NCBI GenBank assembly: GCA_030593065.1
Contig: JAUVHV010000002.1
Coordinates: 33,003 to 97,002, forward strand
Origin: Candidatus Omnitrophota bacterium
GTDB lineage: Bacteria > Omnitrophota > Gorgyraeia > JABMRG01
Length of the DNA stretch: 64,000 nt
Direction of reading: 5' to 3'
This document shows positions 39,051-49,819 of this stretch, in pieces. The notes beneath the pieces are model-generated. The model had not been told where the DNA came from, ran no database searches, and saw only the letters and a list, made by a program, of their open reading frames with translations. Positions within the stretch are counted from its first letter, which is position 1; the number at the start of each line of letters is the position of its first letter. Both the position numbers and the translations under genes were made by a program.

Positions 39051-40007
39051 TTATAATCTTTTTTTTAAAGCGCACCTTATCATCTCAACGCACATTTGCC
39101 CAAAATCTATTCCTGCGGCTTTCGCCGCTCTTGGAAGAAGGCTGGATGAGGTTAACCCCGGAATAGTATTTACCTCAAGCACTGTCAGAGAATTATCTCT
39201 TTTATTAATAAGCATATCTACCCTTGAAAATGAGCCGCACCCTAACGCCCGGTGCGCTAAAAGGGCAAGTTGCTGCACTGTTTTAGTTATTCTTTGCGAT
39301 AAAATTGCCGGCACAACATATTCACTCATACCATCTGTATATTTAGCCTTAAAATTATAAAACTTCTCTTTTGGCTTTATATTTATCACCGGGAGTGGTT
39401 TCTCGTTCAAAATACCTACGGTTATATCATCACCCTCTATATATTTCTCCTCTATAATTTCATCATCATATTTAAATGCCTCATCCATAGCTGGGATTAT
39501 CATATCACGCGCCTGAACAAGGCTCATACCTATGCTCGAACCTTCTTTAGATGGCTTCACCACAAATGGTAATGAAAGATGCTGCAAGTTATTCCCCTTA
39601 GAAAAGAGTTGGCGCTTACTTTTTTTGAGCACAATATAATCGGGAGTAGGTATATTCTGCTGTTTAAATATCTCTTTTGAGGCTATCTTGTTTAAAGCAA
39701 TCCGGCTTGCCTCAGGGCCTGAACCAATATAAGGGATATCCATATCATCAAGCGCTCTCTGCACCCCGCCATCCTCTCCAAATCTGCCGTGCAACGCGAT
39801 AAATGCCACGTCTATTTTGGATATTGTGACTTCTTTCTTAAAAGAACCCGCATCTTTCACATCTATCTTTACTGCATCATACCCTAAAGAAAGAAACGCA
39901 TCATATACAGTATTACCGCTTTTTATGGAGATATCCCGCTCACTTGATAGGCCTCCAAACAGGATACCTATTCTGCCCGCTCTCTCTATGTCCGATACTC
40001 TTCCCAT
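39051..40007 (-). CDS. ddl: D-alanine--D-alanine ligase
   Basis: ATP-grasp fold and dcw-cluster context. Confidence 0.9.
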   Translation of the reverse strand: MGRVSDIERAGRIGILFGGLSSERDISIKSGNTVYDAFLSLGYDAVKIDVKDAGSFKKEVTISKIDVAFIALHGRFGEDGGVQRALDDMDIPYIGSGPEASRIALNKIASKEIFKQQNIPTPDYIVLKKSKRQLFSKGNNLQHLSLPFVVKPSKEGSSIGMSLVQARDMIIPAMDEAFKYDDEIIEEKYIEGDDITVGILNEKPLPVINIKPKEKFYNFKAKYTDGMSEYVVPAILSQRITKTVQQLALLAHRALGCGSFSRVDMLINKRDNSLTVLEVNTIPGLTSSSLLPRAAKAAGIDFGQMCVEMIRCALKKRL

Positions 40008-40025
40008 ATTCTTACCTTATCGTTA

Positions 40026-40937
40026 TTACCAGCTTATTACCTCTAACTCCTGTTCAAGGACTACGCCTTCTTCCATTTCTACTTTTTTCTTTATAAACTG
40101 AATTAGATTTAATATATCCTTTGCGGTAGCCTTACCCTTATTAATAATAAAGTTCGCGTGCTTGCATGAGACTACAGCATCTCCTATTCTAGCCCCTTTT
40201 AAACCGCATCTATCTATCAGCCGGCCCGCGCTAATTTTTTTAGTCTTCGGATTCTTGAATACGCATCCAGCGCTCGGAGCAGTATAATCCTGATTCAAAA
40301 GCCTTTCTTTGATACACCTGTTTATTTTCTTTTGCGCAGTTGCTCTTTTACATCTCTTAAGCCCAAAAGTAGCTGATACAATTATTAAACCTTTTATGCT
40401 GCTTAAACGATACTTAAAACCCGCCTCTTGCGGCATTAAGATTATAAGGTTACCTGATCTATCAATGCACCGGATATCTTTTAATATATCCGATATTTCA
40501 CTTTGTTGCGCGCCTGCGTTCTGAATAATAGCTCCACCAATAGTTCCTGGTATGCCTACCAAAAATTCAGCGCCGCCTAAACCATTTTTTTCGGCAATAT
40601 TACAAAATTTGTTAAGGCTCAGGCCCGCGCCACAGGTTATATTATTTCCGCAGACAGCCACCTTCTTAAAAAATGGCGAGGTAAGTTTTACAAATATTTT
40701 TCGTGTGCCTTTATCAGGTACGATTATATTACTGCCATTTCCTAACGGCTGTAAAGATATCTTATCTCTTTTACATAAAAGAACCGATTCTTTCAGGTCT
40801 CTTATCCGCTTTGGAATATAAAGGCCTTTGGCAGGCCCGCCTACACGCATGGTAACATACGGCTTCATTACAACATTGGGTATAAATCTGCCGTCTAGAT
40901 TATGAAAAACTTTTTTGGATTGAGTTTTTTTATACAT
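40026..40937 (-). CDS. murB: UDP-N-acetylenolpyruvoylglucosamine reductase
   Basis: FAD-binding GGG.N motif and cluster context. Confidence 0.85.
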   Translation of the reverse strand: MYKKTQSKKVFHNLDGRFIPNVVMKPYVTMRVGGPAKGLYIPKRIRDLKESVLLCKRDKISLQPLGNGSNIIVPDKGTRKIFVKLTSPFFKKVAVCGNNITCGAGLSLNKFCNIAEKNGLGGAEFLVGIPGTIGGAIIQNAGAQQSEISDILKDIRCIDRSGNLIILMPQEAGFKYRLSSIKGLIIVSATFGLKRCKRATAQKKINRCIKERLLNQDYTAPSAGCVFKNPKTKKISAGRLIDRCGLKGARIGDAVVSCKHANFIINKGKATAKDILNLIQFIKKKVEMEEGVVLEQELEVISW

Positions 40938-40941
40938 TTGT

Positions 40942-42330
40942 CTATACAGGCTCTTTTTCTTTTCTTTCTTTTAGACGCGTAACAAATTCGCCTGAAAGCC
41001 TTCCGATATCACCGGCTCCTAAAAAGAGCAGTAAATCCCCGGGCCTTACAAAACTTATAAGATAATCCAAAAGCCTCTCTTTTACTATATAATTCGCATT
41101 TATTCTTTTCATCTTTAATATTTCATTATATATATTCATAGAAGTAACACCGAATATAGGCTTCTCATTGGCAGCATATATATCCATTAATATCAGATAA
41201 TCTGTGTCGTAAAATGCCTGCGCAAATTCTTTTTTAAGAAATTTAGTCCTTGTAAAACGGTGCGGTTGAAATATTGATATGAGGCGTTTGCATCTCATAT
41301 TACGCGCTACCTTAAGCGTTGCCTTTATCTCTGTGGGGTGATGGGCATAATCATCTATTACCGTTATATCACATATGCGGGCCTTTATCTGAAAACGGCG
41401 TTCCGCACCCTTATACTGATATATAGCGGATCTTATTGTATCCGGTGCGAGCCCTATCTCCATGCCTGTCAAAATTGCGGCCATGCTGTTTAAAATATTG
41501 TGTTCACCCGGCACGCGCAGCCTGAATAGGCCAATATCATTACCGTCATAGATACAGTTAAATTCAGATTCCATGCCTTCCAACTTTATCTTGTTACAGT
41601 AAAGATTGTTCTTTTTTGATTTTCCATACCTTAATACCCTTGCCTTCAGATGCCTTGTAATCTTCTTTATATGCGGGTCTCCGCCCCAGCAGACAACAGC
41701 TCCTTCGGGCTTGATATTATTCATGAACTTTAAATACGCGGCTCTTATCTGTTCTATATTATCATAATAATCAAGATGCTCGAGATCGATGTTTGTAATT
41801 ATACCGTAGTCAGGATTAAGATGGAGAAAAGAACCGTCAGATTCATCCGCCTCAACAACAAAATGTTCGCCATCACCAATAAAAGCATTGCCATTAAGAT
41901 ACGGCACCAACGCACCTACTATGCCGCTTGGCATAAGGTTTGCTTCTTTTAACATTGTCGATATCATTGAAGATGTGGTTGTCTTTCCATGTGCTCCTGT
42001 AACCGCAACACATTTTTTCCCTTCCGCAAGATAGGTTAAAAATTCTCCCCTTTTAAATACCGGTATATTTTTCCTGTTTGCTTCTGAAAGTTCCGGATTA
42101 TGGCTTAAGACAGCTGAAGAATAGACTACCATATCGATATCCCTGATATTCTCCCATCTGTGGCCTATCTCTATCTTTGCGCCCTCACTCTTTAACTTAT
42201 CGATAATATTACTCGATTTTATATCAGAACCGCTTATCTTATGCCCCTTTTTAAGGCAGAGCCATGCTATACCGCTCATACCTATACCACCTATACCTAT
42301 AAAATGTATTTTTTTTGAGCTACTCAGCAT
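40942..42330 (-). CDS. murC: UDP-N-acetylmuramate--L-alanine ligase
   Basis: HFIGIGGIGMS and GTNGKTTT motifs. Confidence 0.9.
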   Translation of the reverse strand: MLSSSKKIHFIGIGGIGMSGIAWLCLKKGHKISGSDIKSSNIIDKLKSEGAKIEIGHRWENIRDIDMVVYSSAVLSHNPELSEANRKNIPVFKRGEFLTYLAEGKKCVAVTGAHGKTTTSSMISTMLKEANLMPSGIVGALVPYLNGNAFIGDGEHFVVEADESDGSFLHLNPDYGIITNIDLEHLDYYDNIEQIRAAYLKFMNNIKPEGAVVCWGGDPHIKKITRHLKARVLRYGKSKKNNLYCNKIKLEGMESEFNCIYDGNDIGLFRLRVPGEHNILNSMAAILTGMEIGLAPDTIRSAIYQYKGAERRFQIKARICDITVIDDYAHHPTEIKATLKVARNMRCKRLISIFQPHRFTRTKFLKKEFAQAFYDTDYLILMDIYAANEKPIFGVTSMNIYNEILKMKRINANYIVKERLLDYLISFVRPGDLLLFLGAGDIGRLSGEFVTRLKERKEKEPV

Positions 42331-43423
42331 TTAAAAGCCCCATTACCGCGCCTGCCAGATCTTTGGCAGCATCGGGTTTTGAAAATATCCGCATATTTGT
42401 AACCATCCTTCGCATCCCATCTTCATCACTGATAATAGAGAATATTTCATGTTTAAGTTTTTTTGGCGATAATCTGCTCTCCTTTAATATTACTGCCGCT
42501 CCTTCCCTGGCAATAAAAGCGGCATTATCTCTCTGATGGTTGCCAGCCCATGGATACGGTATGAATAAGGCAGGTATACCAAACAATGCTATCTCTGAGA
42601 TTGTAGCAGCGCCTGCACGAGAAATAATCATATCAGAAGCTTTATAAGAAAAAGCCATCTTATCGTAAAAACCTCTTACCCAGTGCATTACCTTATTTAC
42701 TCTATACGCTTGCTCTACCATCTCACAGTCTTTATGCCCTGCTATATGAATTATCTGAATAGAATCTTTTTTTTCGTCACTAAGAAGTTTTACCATATCT
42801 ATCATTGCCTTGTTAATCGCCGAAGCGCCTCTGCTTCCTCCGAGTACAAGAAGAGTTTTTCTCTCTTTGGAAAATCTAAAAGCTTTAAGTGCTTCATCAT
42901 TAGTAATCATCTTAAAGCCATCCAGCAGTTCCTGCCTTATAGGGGTTCCGGTTAAGGTACATTTAGCATCCTTCTTTATCAGCGGGCTATTAAAACTCAA
43001 AGCAACCCTGTCAGCCATATTGAACAACATCCTGTTTGCCCGGCCCAAGAAAACATTCTGCTCATGTATCAGCATCTTTATGCCCATTGAACTCGCTGTC
43101 TGCATCACTGGGCCTGATATATATGCGCCGAAACCAATCGCTATATCAGGGTTTATCTGTGCCACAATCGGTTCTGCGTTTAATCGCGAAGTAATAAGCT
43201 TTATAATAAAAACAAGCCACTTGGCTGAAACCCCATAAGGCATCTTAGGAACAGCAAGAACCATAAAATCAAAACCTGCTTTCCTTATCAGTTCTTTATT
43301 TACCATGCTATCATCTACAACAAATACAGAGTCCGGGCAGCCTTTTCTTTTAAGCTCCTGGGCAAGCGCGATAGCAGGAAATATATGGCCGCCTGTGCCG
43401 CCACATGCTATAAGTATTCTCAT
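42320..43423 (-). CDS. murG: UDP-GlcNAc:undecaprenyl-PP-MurNAc-pentapeptide GlcNAc transferase
   Basis: GGTGGH N-terminal motif. Confidence 0.9.
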   Translation of the reverse strand: MRILIACGGTGGHIFPAIALAQELKRKGCPDSVFVVDDSMVNKELIRKAGFDFMVLAVPKMPYGVSAKWLVFIIKLITSRLNAEPIVAQINPDIAIGFGAYISGPVMQTASSMGIKMLIHEQNVFLGRANRMLFNMADRVALSFNSPLIKKDAKCTLTGTPIRQELLDGFKMITNDEALKAFRFSKERKTLLVLGGSRGASAINKAMIDMVKLLSDEKKDSIQIIHIAGHKDCEMVEQAYRVNKVMHWVRGFYDKMAFSYKASDMIISRAGAATISEIALFGIPALFIPYPWAGNHQRDNAAFIAREGAAVILKESRLSPKKLKHEIFSIISDEDGMRRMVTNMRIFSKPDAAKDLAGAVMGLLNAE

Positions 43424-43424
43424 A

Positions 43425-44510
43425 TTACCTTCTATGCTTTGCTATATTCAATAAAAGTCCTACACTTGCTAAACTATATACAAGCGAGGTGCCTCCATAA
43501 CTTATAAATGGTAAAGGCAGCCCCTTTGTAGGTATTAAACCTGTAACTGCCGCGATATTTATTATAACCTGTAAAGCCAGCATTGTAACTAAGCCAAAAG
43601 CAAGAAATTGACCAAATAGATCTCTTGCGGAATATGCTATCCTGAAACCCAACCATATAAATATCGCGAAAAGTATCACAATACCTAAAGTACCGATAAG
43701 TCCCAGCTCCTCACCAATTATAGAAAATATAAAATCTGTATGCGCCTCAGGCAGATAAAAAAGTTTCTGCTTGGAATGCGCAAGCCCTACACCAAAAAAA
43801 CCGCCGGTTCCCATAGCTATCATAGATTGTATTATCTGAAAACCCGACCCTCTCGGGTCGTTCCACGGATTCCAAAAAGCCATTACCCGTTTTATGCGAT
43901 AGGGCTTCATAACTATAAGCCCTATCAATGCAAGCAGGCCCGGTACAATCATAACAAATAGTTGTTTTATATCAACACCTGCGATAAATGCCATGATAAT
44001 TATCAAAAAAGCCAATGCTACAGCGGTTCCAAGATCAGGCTCCAGTAATATAAGTAAAATGCATACACCCAATGCTATCATAAGAGGTAAAAAGCCGTAT
44101 AAAAAATCTTTTATCTCTGACTGCTTGCGAGCAAGTAGATCGGCTGTATAAAAAACAAGTGCCATCTTTGCTATTTCTGAAGGTTGAAAATTGATTACCC
44201 CTAAACTTATCCATCGCCTTGCGCCGCCCGCACTTCGGCCCATACCCGGTATAAATACCGCTATAAGCAGGAATATGGAAAAGAGCAGAAACGGCTTTGT
44301 AAAATTCTTAAGTTTGCCGTAGTCAAAACTCATCAATAAGGCCGCGGCCATAAGCCCTACTAACACAAAAACAAGGTGCCGTTTTACAAAATAGGCGCTA
44401 CTGCCATAGGACTCATAAGCAAAGGCAGAGCTTGAAGAGTATATCATCACAGTACCTATGGCAAGCAAAAATGCTGTAACTAAAAAAAGGTTTATACGTA
44501 TCTGTCTCAT
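43425..44510 (-). CDS. ftsW: SEDS-family peptidoglycan glycosyltransferase FtsW
   Basis: About 10 transmembrane helices, SEDS motifs, and cluster context. Confidence 0.85.
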   Translation of the reverse strand: MRQIRINLFLVTAFLLAIGTVMIYSSSSAFAYESYGSSAYFVKRHLVFVLVGLMAAALLMSFDYGKLKNFTKPFLLFSIFLLIAVFIPGMGRSAGGARRWISLGVINFQPSEIAKMALVFYTADLLARKQSEIKDFLYGFLPLMIALGVCILLILLEPDLGTAVALAFLIIIMAFIAGVDIKQLFVMIVPGLLALIGLIVMKPYRIKRVMAFWNPWNDPRGSGFQIIQSMIAMGTGGFFGVGLAHSKQKLFYLPEAHTDFIFSIIGEELGLIGTLGIVILFAIFIWLGFRIAYSARDLFGQFLAFGLVTMLALQVIINIAAVTGLIPTKGLPLPFISYGGTSLVYSLASVGLLLNIAKHRR

Positions 44511-44532
44511 ATTTTGAAACCAATAACCATGC

Positions 44533-45885
44533 TCACACAGCTTGTAATCTCAATACTGCCTGTTTAAATGCGCTCCCGCGATCCTTATAATTTGAAAACA
44601 TATCAAAACTTGCGCACATAGGAGAAAGCAAAACTGTATCACCGCTTGCAGCCCTTTCTCTGGATATAGCAACTGCCTCATCTATAGAAGACGCCTCAAA
44701 CATATTCGCGGCACCCGCAAGATCGGCTCTTATCTTTTCCTTTGCCTCTCCAATCAGGATTATAGACTTTACTTTATCCCTGACCAGCTCTTTTATAACC
44801 TTATAATCGCTGCCTTTATCCCTTCCACCCGCTATAAGAATAACATTTTCAGCACATGAGTTTAAAGCAGCTTTACAAGCGTCAACAGTCGTTGCCTTAG
44901 AATCGTTTATATACCTTACACCATCTATAGTAGAAACTTGCTGAAAACGATGGTCCAGGCCTTTAAACCTGGTAAGCGCGCCCACAATATCTTTCAATCC
45001 TGCTCCCGCAAGATACGAACATAAGGTGCAGGCAAGTATATTTGACACATTATGCCTGCCTGGTAATTCTATATCGCTTATAGAACATATCTTCTTCTCA
45101 TTTGCATCAGTATTTAGAATAAGATCACCGCCTTTAAGATAAGCGCCCCTGACTTTTTTCTTTACACTGTAATAATATACCCTGGAACCGAGTTCATGTT
45201 CTAGAGCCATTATCTTTTTGTCATCGTAATTTAAGATACAAAAATCACTGCTATCCTGATTTTTGTATATATTTTTTTTAGACGCGAAATAATCGATAAA
45301 ATTGCCATGCCAATCAAAATGGTTCTGTGTAATATTTGATATAAGAGCAATCTTTGGCTTAAACTTATCTATTCTCTTAAGCTGAAAAGAGCTTACCTCC
45401 ACAACTGCGGGTTGGCCTTCTCTTATATCAAGCACGGCCTCTGAAAAAGCTTTACCGATATTACCACAAACAACCGGCCTTTTACCCGATGCCTCAAGCA
45501 TCAAGCCTATAAGTGTAACAATAGTGCTTTTTCCATTGGTACCTGTAACTGCTATAATAGGCCCTTTGCAAAACCAGGATGCCAGCTCGATTTCACTGAT
45601 TATAGGTATGGACCTGCTTTCCGCGATATCGAGAATATCAGAACCATCCTTAACACCAGGGCTTACCACAATTAGATCCGCGGCTTTTACAAAACCGGGC
45701 GTATACTTGCCGAGCTCTACCCTGATACCCTTTGTTTTAAGTTTTTTTGCAACCTGCGAAAGTTCCTGAGTAGTGTGTGAATCTATTGCGTAAACTATAG
45801 CGCCCTGCTTCTTAAGAAGCAGGGAAGCTGCCCTGCCGCTTATTCCGATACCGACTACTATTATCTTTTTACCATCTAATATCAT
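44533..45885 (-). CDS. murD: UDP-N-acetylmuramoylalanine--D-glutamate ligase
   Basis: GTNGKST motif. Confidence 0.9.
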   Translation of the reverse strand: MILDGKKIIVVGIGISGRAASLLLKKQGAIVYAIDSHTTQELSQVAKKLKTKGIRVELGKYTPGFVKAADLIVVSPGVKDGSDILDIAESRSIPIISEIELASWFCKGPIIAVTGTNGKSTIVTLIGLMLEASGKRPVVCGNIGKAFSEAVLDIREGQPAVVEVSSFQLKRIDKFKPKIALISNITQNHFDWHGNFIDYFASKKNIYKNQDSSDFCILNYDDKKIMALEHELGSRVYYYSVKKKVRGAYLKGGDLILNTDANEKKICSISDIELPGRHNVSNILACTLCSYLAGAGLKDIVGALTRFKGLDHRFQQVSTIDGVRYINDSKATTVDACKAALNSCAENVILIAGGRDKGSDYKVIKELVRDKVKSIILIGEAKEKIRADLAGAANMFEASSIDEAVAISRERAASGDTVLLSPMCASFDMFSNYKDRGSAFKQAVLRLQAV

Positions 45886-45913
45886 AAATTACTTGCCTTT
45901 TATACCTTGTCCG

Positions 45914-47005
45914 TTATCTTAGTTTCAGAGTCATAAGAGTAATGAGCACCAATATAGCAGCTACTATCCAAAAGCGTACAACTATTTTTGACTCGGGCCA
46001 TCCTTTCATCTCTAAATGATGGTGAAATGGCGCGCACAAAAATACCCTCTGGCGCTTTATTTTAAAAATTAATACCTGCAATATTACAGATATTGCTTCA
46101 AATACAAATATCCCGCCTACTATAAGAAGCAGCATCTCCTTCTTTATACAGCAGGCAACAACACCTATGCCCCCTCCCAAAGCGAGAGACCCTACATCAC
46201 CCATAAATACAGTGGCGGGGCATGAGTTAAACCAGAGAAAGCCCAACCCCGCACCTATCATTGCAGCGCAATATATAGCAAGCTCCCCGGTTCCTGGGAT
46301 ATAATTGATAAATAAGTAATTTGAAAGCTGGCTATTTCCAACAATATAGCTGATAACTGTATAAGCTAAGGCAACCATTACCATGCACCCTATAGCCAAT
46401 CCGTCAAGCCCATCTGTCAAATTTACCGCGTTAGATGTACCTACAATCACAAACATAACAAAGAATATATAAAATATTCCGATATTGAAGGCTATATTTT
46501 TAAAAAAAGGAAAATATATTTCGCTTCCTACATTAGAGTCCGCGAAAAGCACAATTCCTATTATCAATCCAAGTATAATCTGTCCTAGAAATTTGGTCTT
46601 CTTGCTAAGCCCGTTGCTTTTCTTTGCAACAAGCTTTATATAATCATCGATAAAACCAACAATGCCAAGCCATAATGTTGCGAATATCGTTAAGAGTATA
46701 TAACGATTATCCAATCGCGCCCAGAGAATGGTAGCAATCAATATAGATATCAATATAATCAGCCCACCCATTGTCGGGGTACCTTCCTTATCCTTATGCA
46801 TAGGGTATATACCCGGAACCTCTTCCCTGGAGCGTATACGCTCACCGATATTAAGGCTCTTAAGCAGCTTTATAACATATGGGCCAAGAATAATACTTAA
46901 CAAAAACGCGGTAATAATAGCGCCAACCGCCCTAAATGTTATATAACGGAATACATTAAATCCAAAAAATACCTCTTTTAGTGAACAGAATAGGTGGTAA
47001 AGCAA
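45914..47005 (-). CDS. murY: Phospho-N-acetylmuramoyl-pentapeptide transferase
   Basis: MraY transmembrane fold with NAVNLTDGLDGLA motif. The conventional symbol is mraY. Confidence 0.85.
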   Translation of the reverse strand: MLYHLFCSLKEVFFGFNVFRYITFRAVGAIITAFLLSIILGPYVIKLLKSLNIGERIRSREEVPGIYPMHKDKEGTPTMGGLIILISILIATILWARLDNRYILLTIFATLWLGIVGFIDDYIKLVAKKSNGLSKKTKFLGQIILGLIIGIVLFADSNVGSEIYFPFFKNIAFNIGIFYIFFVMFVIVGTSNAVNLTDGLDGLAIGCMVMVALAYTVISYIVGNSQLSNYLFINYIPGTGELAIYCAAMIGAGLGFLWFNSCPATVFMGDVGSLALGGGIGVVACCIKKEMLLLIVGGIFVFEAISVILQVLIFKIKRQRVFLCAPFHHHLEMKGWPESKIVVRFWIVAAILVLITLMTLKLR

Positions 47006-48339
47006 TCTACGACCTCCTCCATCTTCATACTTCTGGAACCTTTTATCAGGACTGTATCGCCCTTAGTTAGTATCTGCCTTAAAAAGGGTTGGATATCCTT
47101 CTTCTCTGTAAATACCTTTATATGGTTTTTATCCATACCATTATCGATTGCGCCTTTTCCGATAAAGAGGGCCTTGTCGCCAAATATAATAAGAAAATCC
47201 GCTGCTTTTGCCTGAGCCAGGAAACTTCCGCAGTCATAGTGAAATTTTTCTGAATTTTCACCAAGTTCATGCATATCAGCACAGCAGATAATCTTTTTCC
47301 CCTTAGATTTATATTCTTTTAACGAAGTAACCGCACATTCGAATGAGATAGGATTGGAATTATACGTATCATTTATTATGGTAAAACCGTCGCAATTCAC
47401 AGCCTCCATTCGCATTGAGGTACCTTCAAAACCCGCAAAGACATTCCCTGCCTTGCTTATATCCATAAAAAGGGATGCTGCTGTAATCGCGGCCAAAGCA
47501 TTATAAACATTATGTACCCCCAAAAGCGGTAGCTTGATGAGCTTTCCATTAAGAAAGAATTCCATGCCTTCGGCAGTCTGTGTTATGTTTTCTGCTTTAA
47601 AATCCGCTCTCTTATTTTTGATACCAAAATCTATAATCCTTATATCTTCATAATTCTCTTTCAAGAGCATCTCGTCATCGCAGTTGCGTATCCAGACACC
47701 TCTTTTATCGAGAGATTTTACCATAGCCATCTTTTCTCTAAGGACTCCCTCTCTGTTTCTTAAACCCTTAAGATGCGCGAGGCCTATATTCGTAGTTATA
47801 ACAACGGTAGGCGCAAGAACCGCGCTGTTATACTCTATCTCACCGATAAAACTTGTTCCCACCTCTATTACAGCTATCTGTTCATTTCTTAATCTCAGAA
47901 GAGTGCTTGCGACACCAATCTTATTATTGAGATTATCTTGAGTCTTCAAAACAGTAAGCTTCTTTCCCAGTATAAAGGCAAGCATATCCTTTGTTGCTGT
48001 CTTGCCATTTGACCCTACGACACCTATTACGGGAATATGGAATTTTTTTCTGTGTGCCTTTGCAAGGTCACTCAAAGCCTTTAATGTATTCTCAACCCTT
48101 ATTACAGGGATCTGCGCAGAGACCTCATCCTGTTTTTCGGTTACTGCCGCGAAAGCTCCCCTTTTAACAGCTTCCCCAATAAATTTTGCCCCATCACTTT
48201 TTTCTCCTTTTAAGGCAAGGAAAAGCTCGTTCTTCTTTATGCTGCGCGAATCAGTGGATATCGCGTCTATCTTCACGCTAGTATCACAATATATATTCTC
48301 TGCAGAAGTAATCCTGATTATATCTTTTATTGTAAACAC
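46978..48339 (-). CDS. murF: UDP-MurNAc-tripeptide--D-Ala-D-Ala ligase
   Basis: GSNGKT motif and cluster context. Confidence 0.9.
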   Translation of the reverse strand: MFTIKDIIRITSAENIYCDTSVKIDAISTDSRSIKKNELFLALKGEKSDGAKFIGEAVKRGAFAAVTEKQDEVSAQIPVIRVENTLKALSDLAKAHRKKFHIPVIGVVGSNGKTATKDMLAFILGKKLTVLKTQDNLNNKIGVASTLLRLRNEQIAVIEVGTSFIGEIEYNSAVLAPTVVITTNIGLAHLKGLRNREGVLREKMAMVKSLDKRGVWIRNCDDEMLLKENYEDIRIIDFGIKNKRADFKAENITQTAEGMEFFLNGKLIKLPLLGVHNVYNALAAITAASLFMDISKAGNVFAGFEGTSMRMEAVNCDGFTIINDTYNSNPISFECAVTSLKEYKSKGKKIICCADMHELGENSEKFHYDCGSFLAQAKAADFLIIFGDKALFIGKGAIDNGMDKNHIKVFTEKKDIQPFLRQILTKGDTVLIKGSRSMKMEEVVDCFTTYSVH

Positions 48340-48352
48340 TTATACCCTCTCC

Positions 48353-49819
48353 TTAAACCTTATTCTGCTCTAATACCTCTTCCACAATCTTTTTATCATC
48401 AAACGGAATTGTAGTATCCTTGAATATCTGATAGCTCTCATGCCCTTTCCCCGCTATTAATACCATGTCATTGCTTTTCACTATGCTAATCGCGTATTCA
48501 ATAGCCTTTTTGCGGTCAATACAAACCTTATAATTCTTGAAATCTTTTGGCAAGCCCTGCACTACATCATCGATTATTTTTTCCGGATCTTCGCTGCGGG
48601 GGTTATCACTTGTTATTACTACGTAATCTGCAAATTCCGCGGCTACTTTAGCCATTCCGGGACGTTTCTTTCTGTCTCTATCGCCGCCACAACCAAAAAC
48701 TACTATAATAACTCCTTTGGCAATCTTTTTAAGTGTACTCAGCACATTTAAAAGCGCGTCATCAGTGTGCGCGTAATCGATAAAAACCGAAAACCCTTTA
48801 TTGTCACAAACCTCTACTCGCTGAAGCCTGCCCGGGACTCCTTTAAAACTTCTTATCGCTTCCTGTATATCAGATGGTTTCAAACCCGTTGAATAGGCAA
48901 AGGATATAGCAGCCAGGATATTATATATATTATAAGTACCGATAAGATCTGTCTCTATATCCAAAACCTGTTTAGGTGTTTCAACTTTAAAAGAGGCGCC
49001 TTTACAAGATGTGCCTATATCAAACGCTCTTACATCCGATTTATTGTTGATACCATATGTCAGCACCCGGTTCTTATGCTCCTGGATAAGGAGCCTGCCG
49101 TAATTATCGTCGCTGTTTATTATCGCTACCGCGTCTTCTTTTAACATACCAAAAAGCTTGCTCTTAGCACTGAAATATTCTTTCATATCCTTATGGTAAT
49201 CAAGGTGTTCGCTTGTCAAGTTTGTAAATATAGCCTTATTAAATTCTATAGCATCGACGCGGTTTTGATCAAGCGCATGGCTTGAAACTTCCATAATGCA
49301 GTTCGTAATACCTGACATCTCCATTTCACGCAGGAACATCTGAAGCATAATAGGTGAAGGTGTTGTATTTACCGCAGGTATAAGCCTGTTCCCGATTCGA
49401 TAATTAATAGTACCTATCATACCGCAATTACGGCCCGAATATTGCATAATAGCAGCTATCAGGTAGAGTGTGGTTGTCTTTCCATTTGTTCCCGTAATAC
49501 CCGTAGTCTCTACCCGCTGTGATGGGTGCGAATAAAAATTAGCGGCTATTAAAGCGCATGCCTTTCTTATATCTTCAACAATTACTTTTGTTATACTTTT
49601 ATATGTTACAAAATCCTTCTCTGCTGCAACAGATACTGCTCCGCGCTCTATCGCCTCATCTATAAAATCATAACCATTATAATTCTTACCTTCTATGGCA
49701 AAGAAAAGCCCGGAATGCTTTATTTGTTTGGAATTATAAGATATATTCTCGATATCAAGACGCCTCTCTCCCCTTATCATAACAGAGCCTACTCCTTTAA
49801 GCAGGTGATTAAGCTTCAT
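48353..49819 (-). CDS. murE: UDP-MurNAc-L-Ala-D-Glu--2,6-diaminopimelate ligase
   Basis: GTNGKTT motif and DNPR motif. Confidence 0.9.
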   Translation of the reverse strand: MKLNHLLKGVGSVMIRGERRLDIENISYNSKQIKHSGLFFAIEGKNYNGYDFIDEAIERGAVSVAAEKDFVTYKSITKVIVEDIRKACALIAANFYSHPSQRVETTGITGTNGKTTTLYLIAAIMQYSGRNCGMIGTINYRIGNRLIPAVNTTPSPIMLQMFLREMEMSGITNCIMEVSSHALDQNRVDAIEFNKAIFTNLTSEHLDYHKDMKEYFSAKSKLFGMLKEDAVAIINSDDNYGRLLIQEHKNRVLTYGINNKSDVRAFDIGTSCKGASFKVETPKQVLDIETDLIGTYNIYNILAAISFAYSTGLKPSDIQEAIRSFKGVPGRLQRVEVCDNKGFSVFIDYAHTDDALLNVLSTLKKIAKGVIIVVFGCGGDRDRKKRPGMAKVAAEFADYVVITSDNPRSEDPEKIIDDVVQGLPKDFKNYKVCIDRKKAIEYAISIVKSNDMVLIAGKGHESYQIFKDTTIPFDDKKIVEEVLEQNKV